Shown one piece after another: positions 48,975-62,074 of a stretch of 64,000 bases of DNA. The notes beneath the pieces were generated by a model. It was not told the DNA's origin. It ran no database searches and was given only the letters and a program-made list of their open reading frames with translations. Every line of letters begins with the position of its first letter. The first letter of the stretch is position 1. The stretch is from Torpedo marmorata (lineage: Eukaryota), in the NCBI GenBank assembly GCA_977017645.1, contig OZ360221.1, forward strand, positions 112,654,001-112,718,000, in the 5' to 3' direction. A program made the translations under genes and the position numbers.

Positions 48975-49803
48975 TAGTACCAGCACTCCAGGGTGAATGC
49001 CACTGGCGCGGACCTGCAGGGAGCGTGGGAGCGGAGATACAGCGCTCCCGCGGGGTCCAGCCACCCAGTCGACTGCCGTCGGTTCCACACGGGCTTTGAA
49101 CGGCCCGTTGAGGGAGCCAACGGTGGTTTTATTTAAGATCCCGCAACCCACGGGGTCTGCGCCCAAGATGGCAGCACCTTTTAACCGGCAGCAGCCACGA
49201 GGGGCTGCAGACTCTGGGGAAGCAGAGGACTGGAGCAGGGCACCAGAGGACGGGAAGATCACCCCCCCCCATCTGAGAAGGAGAAGCGGAGGAGACGACC
49301 CATGGGATGGTGACCATGGCAGCGGACCAGTGGGGGGCTCTGAGGCTGAAGGATCAGTGCATGCGACGGGCTGCTGGCGACTCGAGGCGAGGAACCCGCG
49401 GAGGCTGTGGGCTGCTGGAGACTGCTGTCGGGGGACTCACGCCGGGCTGCGGACTGCTGGAGGCTGGCTCGAACTGACTGGAGGAGTACCAGGTATCGGA
49501 ACCGGGATGCGAGGGGGTGCCGAGGGCGCCCTGACTGTGTCGGAGGTTCGGATCTGGAGCTCGGGTTGCCATGGTTTGGACTGGACTCTGTATAATCTAC
49601 GGACACTCGGTGACTCTGGGGGGACTCTCTTTTGCTTCTCTTTCTCTGACTGTAAGGAATGTTAGAGGCGCTTTAGGCAATTTCTGCCGGTGGCGAATCT
49701 GTCTGCCTTGCAGCAGGCAAAAATAAATTTCATGGAATATGACACTGTCTTATTACTATGACAATAAATTGAATCTTGAATCTTGAATCTTGAATCTTGA
49801 ATC
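48975..49803 (+). mobile_element. GC-rich non-autonomous retroelement with LINE-like tail
   Basis: CpG-rich body ending tgacaataaat(tgaatct)n. A related minus-strand copy lies at 51560-51742 plus 63219-63630. Confidence 0.65.
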
Positions 49804-50419
49804 AATTTGCTTCAGCATAACTCTAAATGGATCATGCGAATTCACAAGGGTGTCATTAAGCCTGCAAACATTTTCTTTTTTTCTAACAAACCAAGTTGTT
49901 TGAACCAACTTCATGTAAGACCCATGAAGACTGTTCTATCGGACAAAGATAGATTTCTCTAATAACCAAATTGCAAATAGTTTCTGTTAGGTGCTTGAAA
50001 GCAGGAGTTAAAAGGTTTAAGAGTAAATTACCTGCTCTCTGATGTAATTGATTTACAATCAGAAATAGGCAGAGGATTTGAAAAAAAAAACATGTGGTAT
50101 TTGACTTGGCTTAATGATTATTTTCAAATATACTTTTCACCAGTTCCCACCAATAATTGCTTTATGAAAATTGAATATAGAGTTGACTGAGTTATAAAAT
50201 TTATTTGGTTGCACCTGATGGGTTAAGGTGCTTCTTAAAACTAACAATCACCGATTAAGGAATCTTTAAATGATCAGAATGCTATAATGTTTTCTTAACA
50301 TGATAAATTCATGTTCAAGAGCTCTGGGAATCTCACTGAGCAAGGTCCTGCACCAAGAGCAGAGCTTCAGAAACTTCACTTTAATTAGATTTACATAGAT
50401 AAAGAATGCTTGGCAAATA

Positions 50420-50720
50420 GATGCCTTACAGATGAGCCATTAAACCATCCCATCTGTTCCCTGAAATAGATGTAAAAAAATCCTGGCCACTATTTGAAGA
50501 AGAACAAGTGAGCCAGCCAGTGCTCTGGCCAACACTTAATCCTCAACCAACATCATCAAAAACAGATTAACTGGTTACTATCCAGCTGTTATTTCTGTAG
50601 CTTTTCTGTGCTTACATTGACAGCTAGATCTGCCAAATATTTCAGTGGTGACTACAATTCAAGTGTATTTCATTGACTGTGAAATAGTTTGGTATCTCTT
50701 TAAAGTGATGGTGCCACATT
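50420..50720 (+). mobile_element. Ancient DeuSINE-like (SacSINE1/AmnSINE-related) relic
   Basis: cagatgag..ttaaacc...ccactatttgaagaagaac...ctggccaacacttaatcctcaaccaacatc...aaacagatta resembles the Deu core as I recall it. Confidence 0.6.
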
Positions 50721-51108
50721 ATTGCAGGATTACATGACCACAAAGAATCTAATGCCTGTTGTGCCTGAAACATCATTATGTTTTTAAACATTTTCCACTG
50801 TTGCCAATGCACCTTGCACATTTCTGAGTAACATAAAACAGTGTTACATAAAGATAACTATTGTACTGGACTCCTGCTATATGGTAACATTAACAAAATT
50901 TATGTCATTGCATAGATAACAAGATTATATTGATGAGTCTGGGTTTGTCCTCAAAAAGCATTTGTAATTGTAGGCATCAGGGGGAAAATCTATTAACAGC
51001 CTTTAAAATGCGGATAAACTAAAACCTTTCTCTATAAAGCTACTATCGTTGTGCTTATGACTCGACATTAAACGTTCCATTATCAAACAATTTGTGTGAC
51101 TTTTAACA

Positions 51109-51360
51109 GGCAACATGGTTGGTGTAGCAGTTAACGCAATGCCTTTACAGCGCCAGCGATCAGGACCGGACCGGGGTTCGAGTTCCGCGCTGTCTGTAAG
51201 GAGTTTGTACGTTCTCCCCGTGTCTGCGTGGGTTTTCCCTGGGGGCTCCGGTTTCCTCCCACCGTTCAAAACGTACTGGGGGTGTAGGTTAATGGGATGT
51301 AAATTGGGCAGCATGGGCTCGAGGGCCGAAATGGCCTGTTACTGTGCTGTATGTCTAAAT
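51109..51360 (+). mobile_element. HE1-type tRNA-derived SINE
   Basis: Same element as 30916-31165. Confidence 0.88.
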
Positions 51361-54300
51361 TTTAAAAATTGAATGAACATGGTACATTCAAAGGGGAAGT
51401 TTGCTTTAATCAAAACGACGATAGGTGTGATATTTGGATTGGAAAGTATGCAGAGCTGAGAACTAGGGGTTCAACTTGCTGGAGTTCTAACTATTCCACA
51501 TCCTGTGTTCTTTCCAAAATCAGCTAGAATTAAAAAGTGAGTAACATCTAGAATTAGAAAGATCAAGATCAAGATTCAATTTATTGTCATGTAATAAAAA
51601 CTGTGTCATATTACACAAAATTGCCTTTTGCCTGCTGTAAGGCAGACAGATTCGCCATCGACAGAAATTGCCTGAAGGGCCTCTTACAGTCAGAGAAAGA
51701 GAAGCAAAAGGGAGTCCCCCCAGAGTCACTGAGTGTCCGTGGTGTCGTGTATTTTCCCTTTGGAAATAACCTCACTCGAGCGAAGCTGTAAGCATGTCTT
51801 TATTCATTTGAAGATGGCGCCAAACTGAAACTCTCCCCACAATGCACACCGCTTACCTGACGTCACCAGTACATGCGCGTTCCCACAATGCTCTGCGTAC
51901 CTGACATCAAGCGCGCATGCGCGTTCCCATAACACTCTTCCCCCTCAAACAAATGTTTTGTTCTTACTGGTAAATAAGTATAAAGTTAAAATTAACAATT
52001 CTGACACTACATAGAATTTAACGATGTTAACACTACAGAGAATTTAACTATAACTTCCACTAATCATGGTAACTATAGATCCCGCGCTACTGAAAACATG
52101 CAAAGTCTTTAAGTCATTGAACATAGTCTTTTAGATGTACTGGAGGGTGTATTTCTCTCTTGGATCTTCTCGGGGATGAAGAACACCGAGCTGGAGAACG
52201 ACTTTTCAACTCTTCTGGAGCAGATAACGTGCTGGCTGGCACTACTAGCTGTGTGTCTGGTATTTGACTGGCATCTTGCTCCTGTGCCGCCGGTACCGGG
52301 GCTATCTCAGGGGCATCATCGTCGGGTTGTGCCCAAACTGGAACGTCTGGGGGATCATCCGCAATCAGAACAGAGATGGAGTCCACGATTGCTCTTAACT
52401 GGTCGATGTGTTGTTTCCATATCTTGTCCCCTACAAGTACCGAATATGAACATGGACATAGTTTCTTTAGGAGCACGCCTTTTATACATGTTTCTTTATT
52501 CTCCCGGTAATCCCTTACTAATACTCTTTCTCCGATCTCCAGAGCTCTTGTTGGCTTACTCGGGGATGTCAACTGTTGAATACGAAGTCCGATGTTTGGG
52601 TGCACTGCAGTAAGTCGGGTTCTCAAGTTGTGTCCAAACATCAATTCTGCCGGCATGCAATTTGTAGTGGAGTGCAGTGTTGTTCTGTATGATAACAGAA
52701 AGTCTGCAATTTTATGGTTCCATGATATGTTACATGACTTCTTTGCTTTCATTGCTCTTTTAAACGTCTGCACGAAGCGCTCTGCTTCCCCATTAGTACT
52801 AGGATGGTAGGGTGCAGATATTATGTGTCGCACATTGTTGCCTCGCAGAAACTGTTTGAAAGCATCTGACACAAATTGAGGTCCATTGTCTGAAACCAGT
52901 TCTATGGGTAATCCATACCCTGTGAACACACCTCCTAGTTCCTCAATTGTTTTCTCCATTGTCGTTGTCCGCATTGGCACTACTATAAGCCATTTGGAGT
53001 GTGCATCAACAATAATCAGGATATTTTCCCCCATAAATGGACCAGCGAAATCAATGTTAATTTGGTGCCATGGTTGCGATGGCCATTTCCATGGGTTAGC
53101 TTCGGCCTGGGGTGCCTTCGGTTGCATTTCTTGGCAGATGTGACATCTCCGCACCATCTGTTCAATGTCACTGTCCATCGATGGCCACCAGACATGCATG
53201 CATGCCAGCGCCTTCATCCGGACCATTCCTGGATGATTGGTGTGGAGCTCTTTTAGCACGGCCTCTTGCCATTTCTTGGGGATGATTGTTCTTGTTCCCC
53301 ACAACAGGCAACCCTCTTCAATTTATATTTCATTTCGCCACATGTGATAAGATTTCAATTCGGGGGTAATACTGTCGGCCTCTGGCCACCCATTCAAGGT
53401 GAAGTATAGAATCTTCGACATTGTAGCCTCTTTCCGTACCTCTTTGCTGATAGCCTTCGCTGTAACAGGCAAGTGGTGAAGTTGTTCCTGGTTGATCGCT
53501 GTGGCTTCTGCCATCCCATTAATGTTCCCTTCCGCCTGTTCTGTCTCAGGCAGAGGTAAGCGCAATAATGCATCCACATGGCCGTTCTTGTCTGCCGGAC
53601 GATGCTTTAGGTCATAATCATACGCTGCAAGCTCCATCGCCCATCTTTGAATTCTCTCCGCCGCTAACACAGGAATGCCTTTCTTGGGGCCTAAGATCAA
53701 GCTCAGTGGTTTATTGTCCGTCACTAAAGTAAACTTCCTACCATATAGTTATTGGTGAAATTGTTTAAGTCCAAAGATTATGGCCAGTCCTTCCTTCTCC
53801 AGTTGTGCATAGTTCCGTTCACAGGCTGTCAAGGAGCGGGAAGCAAATGCAACCGGTTGTTCTCCCTTTTCTGTGACTTGTGACAATACCGCACCTAAAC
53901 CAACAGGTGAAGCATCAACAGCAAGGGTCACTTCTTTGTCTGGGTCATAATGAACGAGAACATTGTCCCTTCAGGTCAGCAGTTTCTTCAAGCGATTGAA
54001 AGCTTTGTAGGTTTCTGCAATCCAGCACCATTTCTGGTCTTTTTTCAACAATTGGTTGAGCGGGTTGCACAGCGTTGACATGTTAGGGATGTGCTTTTGG
54101 TAATGGTTAACCAAACCTAAAAATGATTGTAACTCAGCTCGATTTGATGGGCAAGGTGAACTGCGGATGGCTTCGGTGCCAGCTGTATCCATCCTGACTC
54201 CTTCACGGTCAATCGTAAATCCCAAATACGTCACTGAGGGTACCATAAATACACACTTGTCTTGATGCAGTCGGACTTTAGCCTGTTCTAACCTGGCTAG

Positions 54301-55355
54301 GACTTTTTCCAGGTTTTTTAGGTGCTCTGCATCGTCCCGACCCATTATGATGATGTCACCTGGGTAACATCCAACATTTAGTCCTTGCAATAGTTTGTCC
54401 ATGACAGCATGAAATATCTCTGGAGCTGATGATATCCCATATGGCATCCTGGTGTAAGTGAACAATCCCAGGTGAGTGTTGATAGTCACATACTTCCTAG
54501 ATTCGGGGTCCAATTTGACTTGTTGATATTCTTGTGATAAGTCCAATTTTGTGAAGTTTTTCCCACCATTCAGAGCTTGAAATAATTCCTCCACTCTCGG
54601 AATGGGATGTCCGGGAACTTTCAGCGCTTGGTTAATTGTGACCTTATGGTCCCCACAAATTCAAATTTCACCATTGGGTTTTCTGACCGGCACAATAGGA
54701 GCTGCCCAGTCGCTGTACTGAAGTTTCTCGAGAATTCCTTCATTTTCTAATCTGTTGAGCTCCATTTCAATTCCTTTTTTTATCGCAAAAGGTACCGTTC
54801 TTGGCTTAAAGAACTTAGGTTTTGGCTTCTGGTTCCAATTGCAATTTTACCTGGACTCTCTGAATTTTTCCCAGGTCCTTCTCAAAAACTGTCTGATACT
54901 TCTGAAGCACCTGCTTCAGCTTTGATTTCTTTTCACCCACAGTTTGTACATTCTTCACCTCAACAATTTCCTTCCAATCCAGTTGGTCGTGCGACAACAA
55001 ATCCCTTCCAAACAAGGCGGGTCCTTTCTTTGTTTGTCCCTTATACTCGATGTCTACTTTACATTTCCCTAGCACTTTGACTTTCTCTCCGGTAACCGTC
55101 TTTAACACTATGTCCGACCGTTTCATTTCAAGTTTGGCCAGTAGTTTGTCTTTCAGATCTTTCTTTTTTTAAAAATATTTTATTTAACATTTTTAAATCA
55201 CACAGTACACAGTTTAAAATGCAAATTTATCAAATTACATGTGATACATTTTCACCCCCCCCTCCCTCCCTCCCTCCCCTCCCTAACCCTCCCGAAAAGA
55301 AAGAAAGAAGGAAGAAAAAGATAGAGTAAGGAGAATGTCACTCTAAAAAGAACAA

Positions 55356-58300
55356 CTATAAACTGATTTTATTGTGGAGGATAGGTTCACCAGTCAGATC
55401 CGATGTCCAGAGATCTAAAATCCTTAAACCAACAGTTTTTATATATGGGCTCCATACTTTCAAAAAGAAATTATATTTATCACGTAAATTATATGTAATT
55501 TTTTCGAGTGGTATACATGAACGCAATTCTGCATGCCATCTTTCCAACCCTAAATCTACATCCGACTTCCATGTAATGGCAATACATTTCTTAGAAACGG
55601 CTAAAGCAATACGTAAAAATTCTGTCTGATACATATTTAATTTCACTTTAACACTGGTTCCTTCAATATCTCCAAACAAAAATATCATAGGATCCATTGG
55701 GAGTGTAACTCCCAATACCCTATCCAAAAACTTTTTAACCTTCAACCAAAAATCATACACTTTTGGACAAAACCATGTGGAGTGTACAAAGGAACCTTCC
55801 TCACTATTACATCTAAAACATAAACCAGATAACGTCGGATTAAATTTCTTTAGTCTTTTAGGCGTTAAATACAATTGATGAAAAAAATTATATTGCACCA
55901 ATCTATATCTAACATTAATAATCTTCATCATACTTTGTTTACATAATTTTTTCCAGTGTTCTTCATCTATTGTTACATTCAAATCTTTTTCCCAATTTAA
56001 TCTTGATTTATGAATTCCTGTTTTAGGAAATTTCCTCTGTAACAATCTGTACATTTGAGAAATAAATTTAGGCACACCTCCATTAGTAACTAATAATTCC
56101 AATTCAGTCTGTCTTGGTAAGGTCAAACCATGACCCAACCTTTCAACTAAAAATGCCCTAATTTGATAATAAGCAAAGATTGTATTATTTGCTACACTAA
56201 ACTTATCTTTCATTCTCTGAAACGTAATAAATTTACCAGCTTCAAAACAATCATTTATTTCCCTAATACCCTTTTGGAACCAGATTTTAAATAATTGATT
56301 ATCAACAGTAAATGGGATAAGTTTATTTTGATACAGAGGCATTCTTCGAGAAATTGATCCTTTCGCTCCTATTTCTCTATCCACTCTATTCCATATTTCT
56401 AACAAATGCCTAAAAATAGGAGAATTTTTCCCTCTAATTAATAATAATTTAGAATTCCATTTATAAATTACTTCTTTCAAATCCTCTCCTATATTATTTA
56501 ATTCTATTCTCATCCAAGCAGAGAGCTTCCCTAAATCAAACAATTTGTTAATAAATTTTAGTTGGGCTGCTTTATAATAATATTGAAAATTAGGAAGCTT
56601 TAGACCACCCATTTCAAAATTCCAGGTTAATTTCTCAAATCCTACTCTAGCCAACTTTCCTTTCCACAAAAATGTCCTAATAATTAAATTTAAATCCTTA
56701 AAAAATTTCTGAGGGATTTCATAAGGAATTGATTGAAAAAGATATTGAATTCTCGGAAAAACATTCATTTTAATACAATTTACCCTTCCCATTAGAGTTA
56801 TAGGTAAATCCTTCCAACTCTCCAGATCTTTTTTTATATTCACAAATAATGGTAAATAATTTAATTTATACAAATTGGATAATTTTGTATCAATCTTTAT
56901 TCCCAAATATTTAATTCCTTCCTTTGACCATTGAAATGGTGTAATTTCTTTACAATCACTATAGTCCCCTTGTGTTAAAGGCATAATTTCGCTTTTATCC
57001 GAGTTAATCTTGTAACCAGATATTTCCCCAAATTCCTTCAATAAAACAGACAATTGTATTAGAGAATTAATAGGTTTTGTCATATATATCAATACGTCAT
57101 CTGCAAACAAACTAATTTTGTGTTCTTCCTTACCAACTGTAATACCTGCAATCTTAATATCTTGTCTAATTAATTCGGCTAAAGGTTCTATTGCTAAAAT
57201 AAACAATGCTGGCGATAAAGGACAACCTTGTCTAGTAGACCTAGTTAAGGAAAATTTTGAAGATATTTGTCCATTTGTGACCACTCTAGCAGACGGTTCT
57301 TTATATATAGTTTTAATCCAATTAATAAATGTATTTCCAAATCCGAATTTTCCCAGTACCTTAAATAAATAATTCCACTCTAATCTATCAAAAGCCTTTT
57401 CGGCATCTAATGTTAATACTAATGACAGTTCTTCTCTTTTTTGTGCCACGTTTATTATACTAATTAATCTAGCGATATTATCTTTTGAGTATCTGTTTCT
57501 AATAAAGCCTGCTTGATCTACATGGACTAAATCTGGTAAATACTTAGCCACTCTATTTGCTAAAATTTTCGCCATTATTTTATAGTCCACATTTAACAAC
57601 GATATTGGTCTATATGATTGTGTTTTCAACAAGTCTCTATCTTTTTTCGGTATAAACGTTATTAATGCATTTGAGAAGGTTTCCGGTAGAGAATGAGTCT
57701 CCGTTATTTGTTTTAACACCTCCATATAAGGAGGTATCAATAAGTCCTTAAATTTCTTATAAAATTCTGATGGGAAACCATCCTCCCCCGGAGATTTCCC
57801 ACTTGTTAAGGAATTAAGAACCTCATTGACTTCCCTCATGGTGAATGGTGAATCTAAAGATTCTTTACTACGTGTATCTAACCTGGGCATCTTAATTTTG
57901 GATAAAAATTTGTTAATTTTAGAATCATCTTCATCGGCTTGAGATGTATATAAATTCAAATAAAAATCTTTGAAAGAGTCATTTATTTCTCGCGGTTTAT
58001 AAGTGATTTTCTTAGAATTCTTTTTTATAGCCGTTATAGTTCTAGAGGTTTGTTCTTTCTTTAATTGCCAGGCTAAAACTTTATGAGCTCTTTCTCCCAG
58101 TTCATAATACCTTTGCTTAGTTCTTTCAATGAGTTTCTCCAATTTATATGTTTGTATCGTATTATAATATAATTTTTTTCTCAATTAAATCTTTCTTCTT
58201 TTCTTCTGATCTCTTTTTTTGTAGATCCTTCTCCAAAAACTCAATCTCCTTCTCCAAATTATCCAATTCCTGAATATTTTCCTTCTTAACTTTTGCTGAA

Positions 58301-59202
58301 TAACTTATTATCTGACCTCTTAAATAAGCTTTCAAAGCATCCCAAATAATAAATTTATTTTCAATGGAATCTGCGTTAATCTGTAAACATTCTTGGATTT
58401 CTCTTCTTATATATTTACAAAAATCCACTCTCTTTAGTAAAGAAGAGTTAAACCTCCATTTATATATAATTTTTTCTTTTTCTGGAATTATGCATGACAT
58501 TAATAAAGGCGAATGGTCAGAAATTAATCTAGCCTTATATTGTACTTGAGTCACCCTATCTTGTAATTGTGATGACAGCAAAAACATGTCTATTCTAAAA
58601 TAAGAATCATGTCTAGAGGAATAAAAAGAGTAATCTTTTTCTCTCGGATTCAACTTCTTCCAAATGTCAATTAGATTCAGGTCCTTCATCATAGTGAGAA
58701 TTCTTTTAGCAGTTTTAGTTCTAATGATTGATTTGGATGTTTTATCGATTACTGGGTCTAGACAACAATTAAAATCTCCACCAATTAAAATATTATCGTA
58801 TGCCTCTGACAAATGCATAAAGGAATCTTGAATAAATTGATCATCTTGCGTATTCGGCACATATATATTCATAAGAGTCCACATTTCTGAATGTATCTGA
58901 CAGTTTATTAAGTCATATCTTCCTGACCCATCAGTAACCACCGAATGTATTTTAAAGGGTAGCTTCTTATTAATTAGTATAGCAACCCCTTTAGCCTTGG
59001 AATTAAATGAAGACGCTACCACTTGACCAACCCATTCTCTTTTCAACTTCTGATGTTCTAAATCAATCAGATGCGTCTCTTGTAATAAAGCTATGTCCAC
59101 ATTTAGTTTTTTGATGTATGCTAAAGTTTTCTTCCTTTTAATCGGATTATTGAGCCCATTTATATTGATACTAACTACATTTATTAATTTACTGTCCGCC
59201 AT
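55356..59202 (-). pseudogene. L1 ORF2 (APE endonuclease, RT, Cys-rich end) split by one frameshift near 58170
   Basis: SININGL, LQETH, GGDFN, ISDHSP in 58162-59202; DAEKAFDR, TRQGCPLSP, FADD, CFRC..H..WFCP in 55356-58184. The break falls at an A run. Confidence 0.92.
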
Positions 59203-59584
59203 TGCTGATATATAATAACTTTCTCTCCCTCAGATCTGCTGGCTCCCCCTTCCACATCTGTAAACTATTTGACATCTCCTTAGAAAGAAAAAGAGAAAAG
59301 GATATAAAAAGAGAATAGAGAACTAGAGAACCCACTATATATAATACTGGTAAATTTACACCAGTACTACCCCCCTCCATTGCTCGGGAAGTGGCCCTCG
59401 CCACTAAAATGACGCGTGACTAGGTCGAGGAAGACAAGAAGTCCACCTCCCCATACAGATTTCAAACAAATTATGTTATCGTCTCTTCGTCTAACAACTT
59501 CAAGATCTCTATTAATTTAATCCTCATCGGTTACTACCCCATTTTCTTGCTCCAAAACTCTTGGCGAGAGCAATTTTGAGCCAG

Positions 59585-60969
59585 TCAGATGATTTGGTGA
59601 TGCTCCGTAAAACCTTGACCTTTCTTTAAGTCCGGAAGTATATTTGCATGTTGTAAAGCTTCTTGGGGGTCAGTAAAGAAAATTGATTGGTTCTCTGCAG
59701 ACTGAACTTTCAATGTCGCAGGATACCTAAAAGAAAATTTATAACCTTTTCCCCACAAAATCGCTTTTGCCGGATTAAATTCCTTCCGTTTCTTTATGAT
59801 TACCGAACTCAAATCCGCGTTAAAAAATACCCTACTTTTATCGATTATCAACGGGCCCTGCTGAATTCTTGCCTTTTGAATAGCCAATTTCAATATTTTT
59901 TCTTTATCTTGATATCTGAGGCATCTAATTAGAATTGAGCGTGGCCTTTGATCAGGATACGGTTTTCTCCTGCTATCTCTGTGGGCTCTGTCCAGTTCAA
60001 GTCCATCCGGAAAATTATCCTTTCCCAAGGTCTGCGGAATCCATTCTTGAAAAAATGTTGTTGGATTTGTTCCTTCAAAATCCTCGGGCAGTCTTACAAT
60101 TTTAATATTGTTTCTTCGACTCTGGTTCTCTAACACATCTAATTTTTGTAAAAGTTCATTCTTTTGCAGCTCCCAACCCGTGAACGAATCTTCCACTTTG
60201 TCCACTCTGTCCTTATAGTCCACCAAATCCTCGTCATGTTCCTCAACCTTCTCTTCAATTTTCTTAACCCTCAATAGCACTTTATCCACAATGTTTGAAT
60301 GTTTTTTCATATCCTGCTTAACAGCTTTTATTTCCTCCCTGACCTCTTTAAATTCATGTTGCATACGTTGATTCAGTGATGCAACTTCTTTTGTTAATCT
60401 ATCTATTGCTTCAATAAGTGTCTTTGCTAATCTTGCCCACCTAAAAGCACTGGAGCCTCCTCTTCATCACTTACTTCTTCCTGCCCCTCTCCCTCCATCT
60501 CTTGTAATCCTCCTTCCAATTCGTGGTCTACCTCTTCCTCTCTTCCTCTCTCCCCTGGATCTGCCTACGGTTAAGCATCCTGCTCAGCTTCACAGCTGAG
60601 CGTTTGCGATAATCTTCTGCCACTGTCAGCTGTGGCTGACAGTTCGCGAGCGTTCTCGCGCGTGCGCGTCATTTCGCGCACGCGCGGCGGTTCCACCGGA
60701 AGTTGTACAACCGGAAGTTGTAGTTCTTTACATTTTCTCCGGGCACCAGCGCCATTTTCCCCAGATCCCCGGGAGGACGGCGCTGGTGTTCCAGTTACCT
60801 TTGCCGTCCTCTTCTGCGTCTTCCTCGGGGGGAGAGGAGCTTGATCCCAAGGCTCCAACACTAAGGAAGGCCGATTTTCTTCTTGATTTAGACTTTCTTT
60901 AAACATCGATTTCCTTAACTTTTCTTCCTTCATTTTCTTGGTAGACATTTCTGAATCTTCCCTCATCAC
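59585..60969 (-). pseudogene. L1 ORF1 (coiled coil, RRM, CTD) with a disrupted N-terminal part
   Basis: LENQSRRNNIKIV.LPE, LDRAHR, RYPATLKV in 59585-60364. The upstream ORF 60571-60969 is probably its N-terminus, separated by stops and a frameshift. Confidence 0.8.
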
Positions 60970-62074
60970 TTTAACTTTATTTTTAATAACTATAATTTCC
61001 TTTTAATCGATTTTTAATTAATTCTGATGGGAGAGGTGTAATTACACGTCTCCACCTCACGTTATCACGTGACACCCCCGTCTTTCAGATCTTTCGACAT
61101 TAATGACACAGCCGCCCTTGTGTCGAGTTCCATCTGGACCAATTAATTGTTAACTTTAATACGAACAAAAATTTCTGACCTGCGATCAACTACACTACGG
61201 GTGTACTTTACTGCCAATGCTCCGTTATCCTCGGAGTCGCTTTGGTACTCTGGCTCACTGCTGGAACTTTTGTCGTTTCCCCTGAAGTTTTTTATTTTGG
61301 AAGATTGTTTTTTATACTTCAATTTCTGGTTTTTTTCTTCCCTCAGTAACCCTCTTTTTCTCTATTTTCTTTCTGTCTTGGACACTTTGACTTGATGTGT
61401 CCCTCCTTGACACACAAATAGCACTTGTCCCTTTTGTGATAACAGTTATCAGGGCTGTGGTTATTCCTACCACAGCGGAAGCATTCTCGTCGGTCCATTC
61501 TCTTCACCACGTGCTCCCCTTGTATAATATCTATGTTACGATCGGCCATTTCGAAACTCAATGCTATCTCATAGGCGGACTTAATGTCCAAACTTTTCCT
61601 GCTCAACAATCATTGTTGGGCATGGCGGTCAGCCAAACTGATTACCAACATGTCTCTCAGGGCCTCGTCCAAAAAATTTCCAAAACTACATGTCTCCGAC
61701 ATATTACGCAATTGGGTAAAATATTGGCTCACCGTTTTGCCTGTCTTTTGCTTTCGGGTGTAGAATTTGTATCTTTCTGCAATCACCACTGGTTTTGGGG
61801 ACAGATGCTCTCCAACCAGGTCACATAACTCTTCACAAGACTTGGTATTTGGTGTTGCCGGTGCCAATAGAGTCTTGATCAGACTGTATGTTCTGCTCCC
61901 CACCTCGGTTAAAAACATTGCCTGTTTTCTCTTTCAGGTTTCTGTATCCCTTACATCATGGGCAATGCAGTACATATCGAATCTATCCACATAGTCATAC
62001 CAGTTTTCCGTTTCTTTATATTCTCCAAATCGTCCTTCTGTCATTTTAACTACCGGTACTTATTATTCAGTAAC

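Larger units (their letters stand above)
55164..61079 (-). mobile_element. Full-length L1-clade LINE inserted in the Gypsy protease region
   Basis: 16-bp TSD gtctttcagatctttc (55148-55163 and 61080-61095); 5' end GGGGGTGTCACGTG; AATAAA plus A tail; ORF1 and ORF2 present. Confidence 0.96.

Noticed and set aside
48997-49665. 222-aa ORF as a novel protein
   Set aside because: GC-rich repeat with open frames on both strands, no domain motif, and no equivalent ORF in the second copy.
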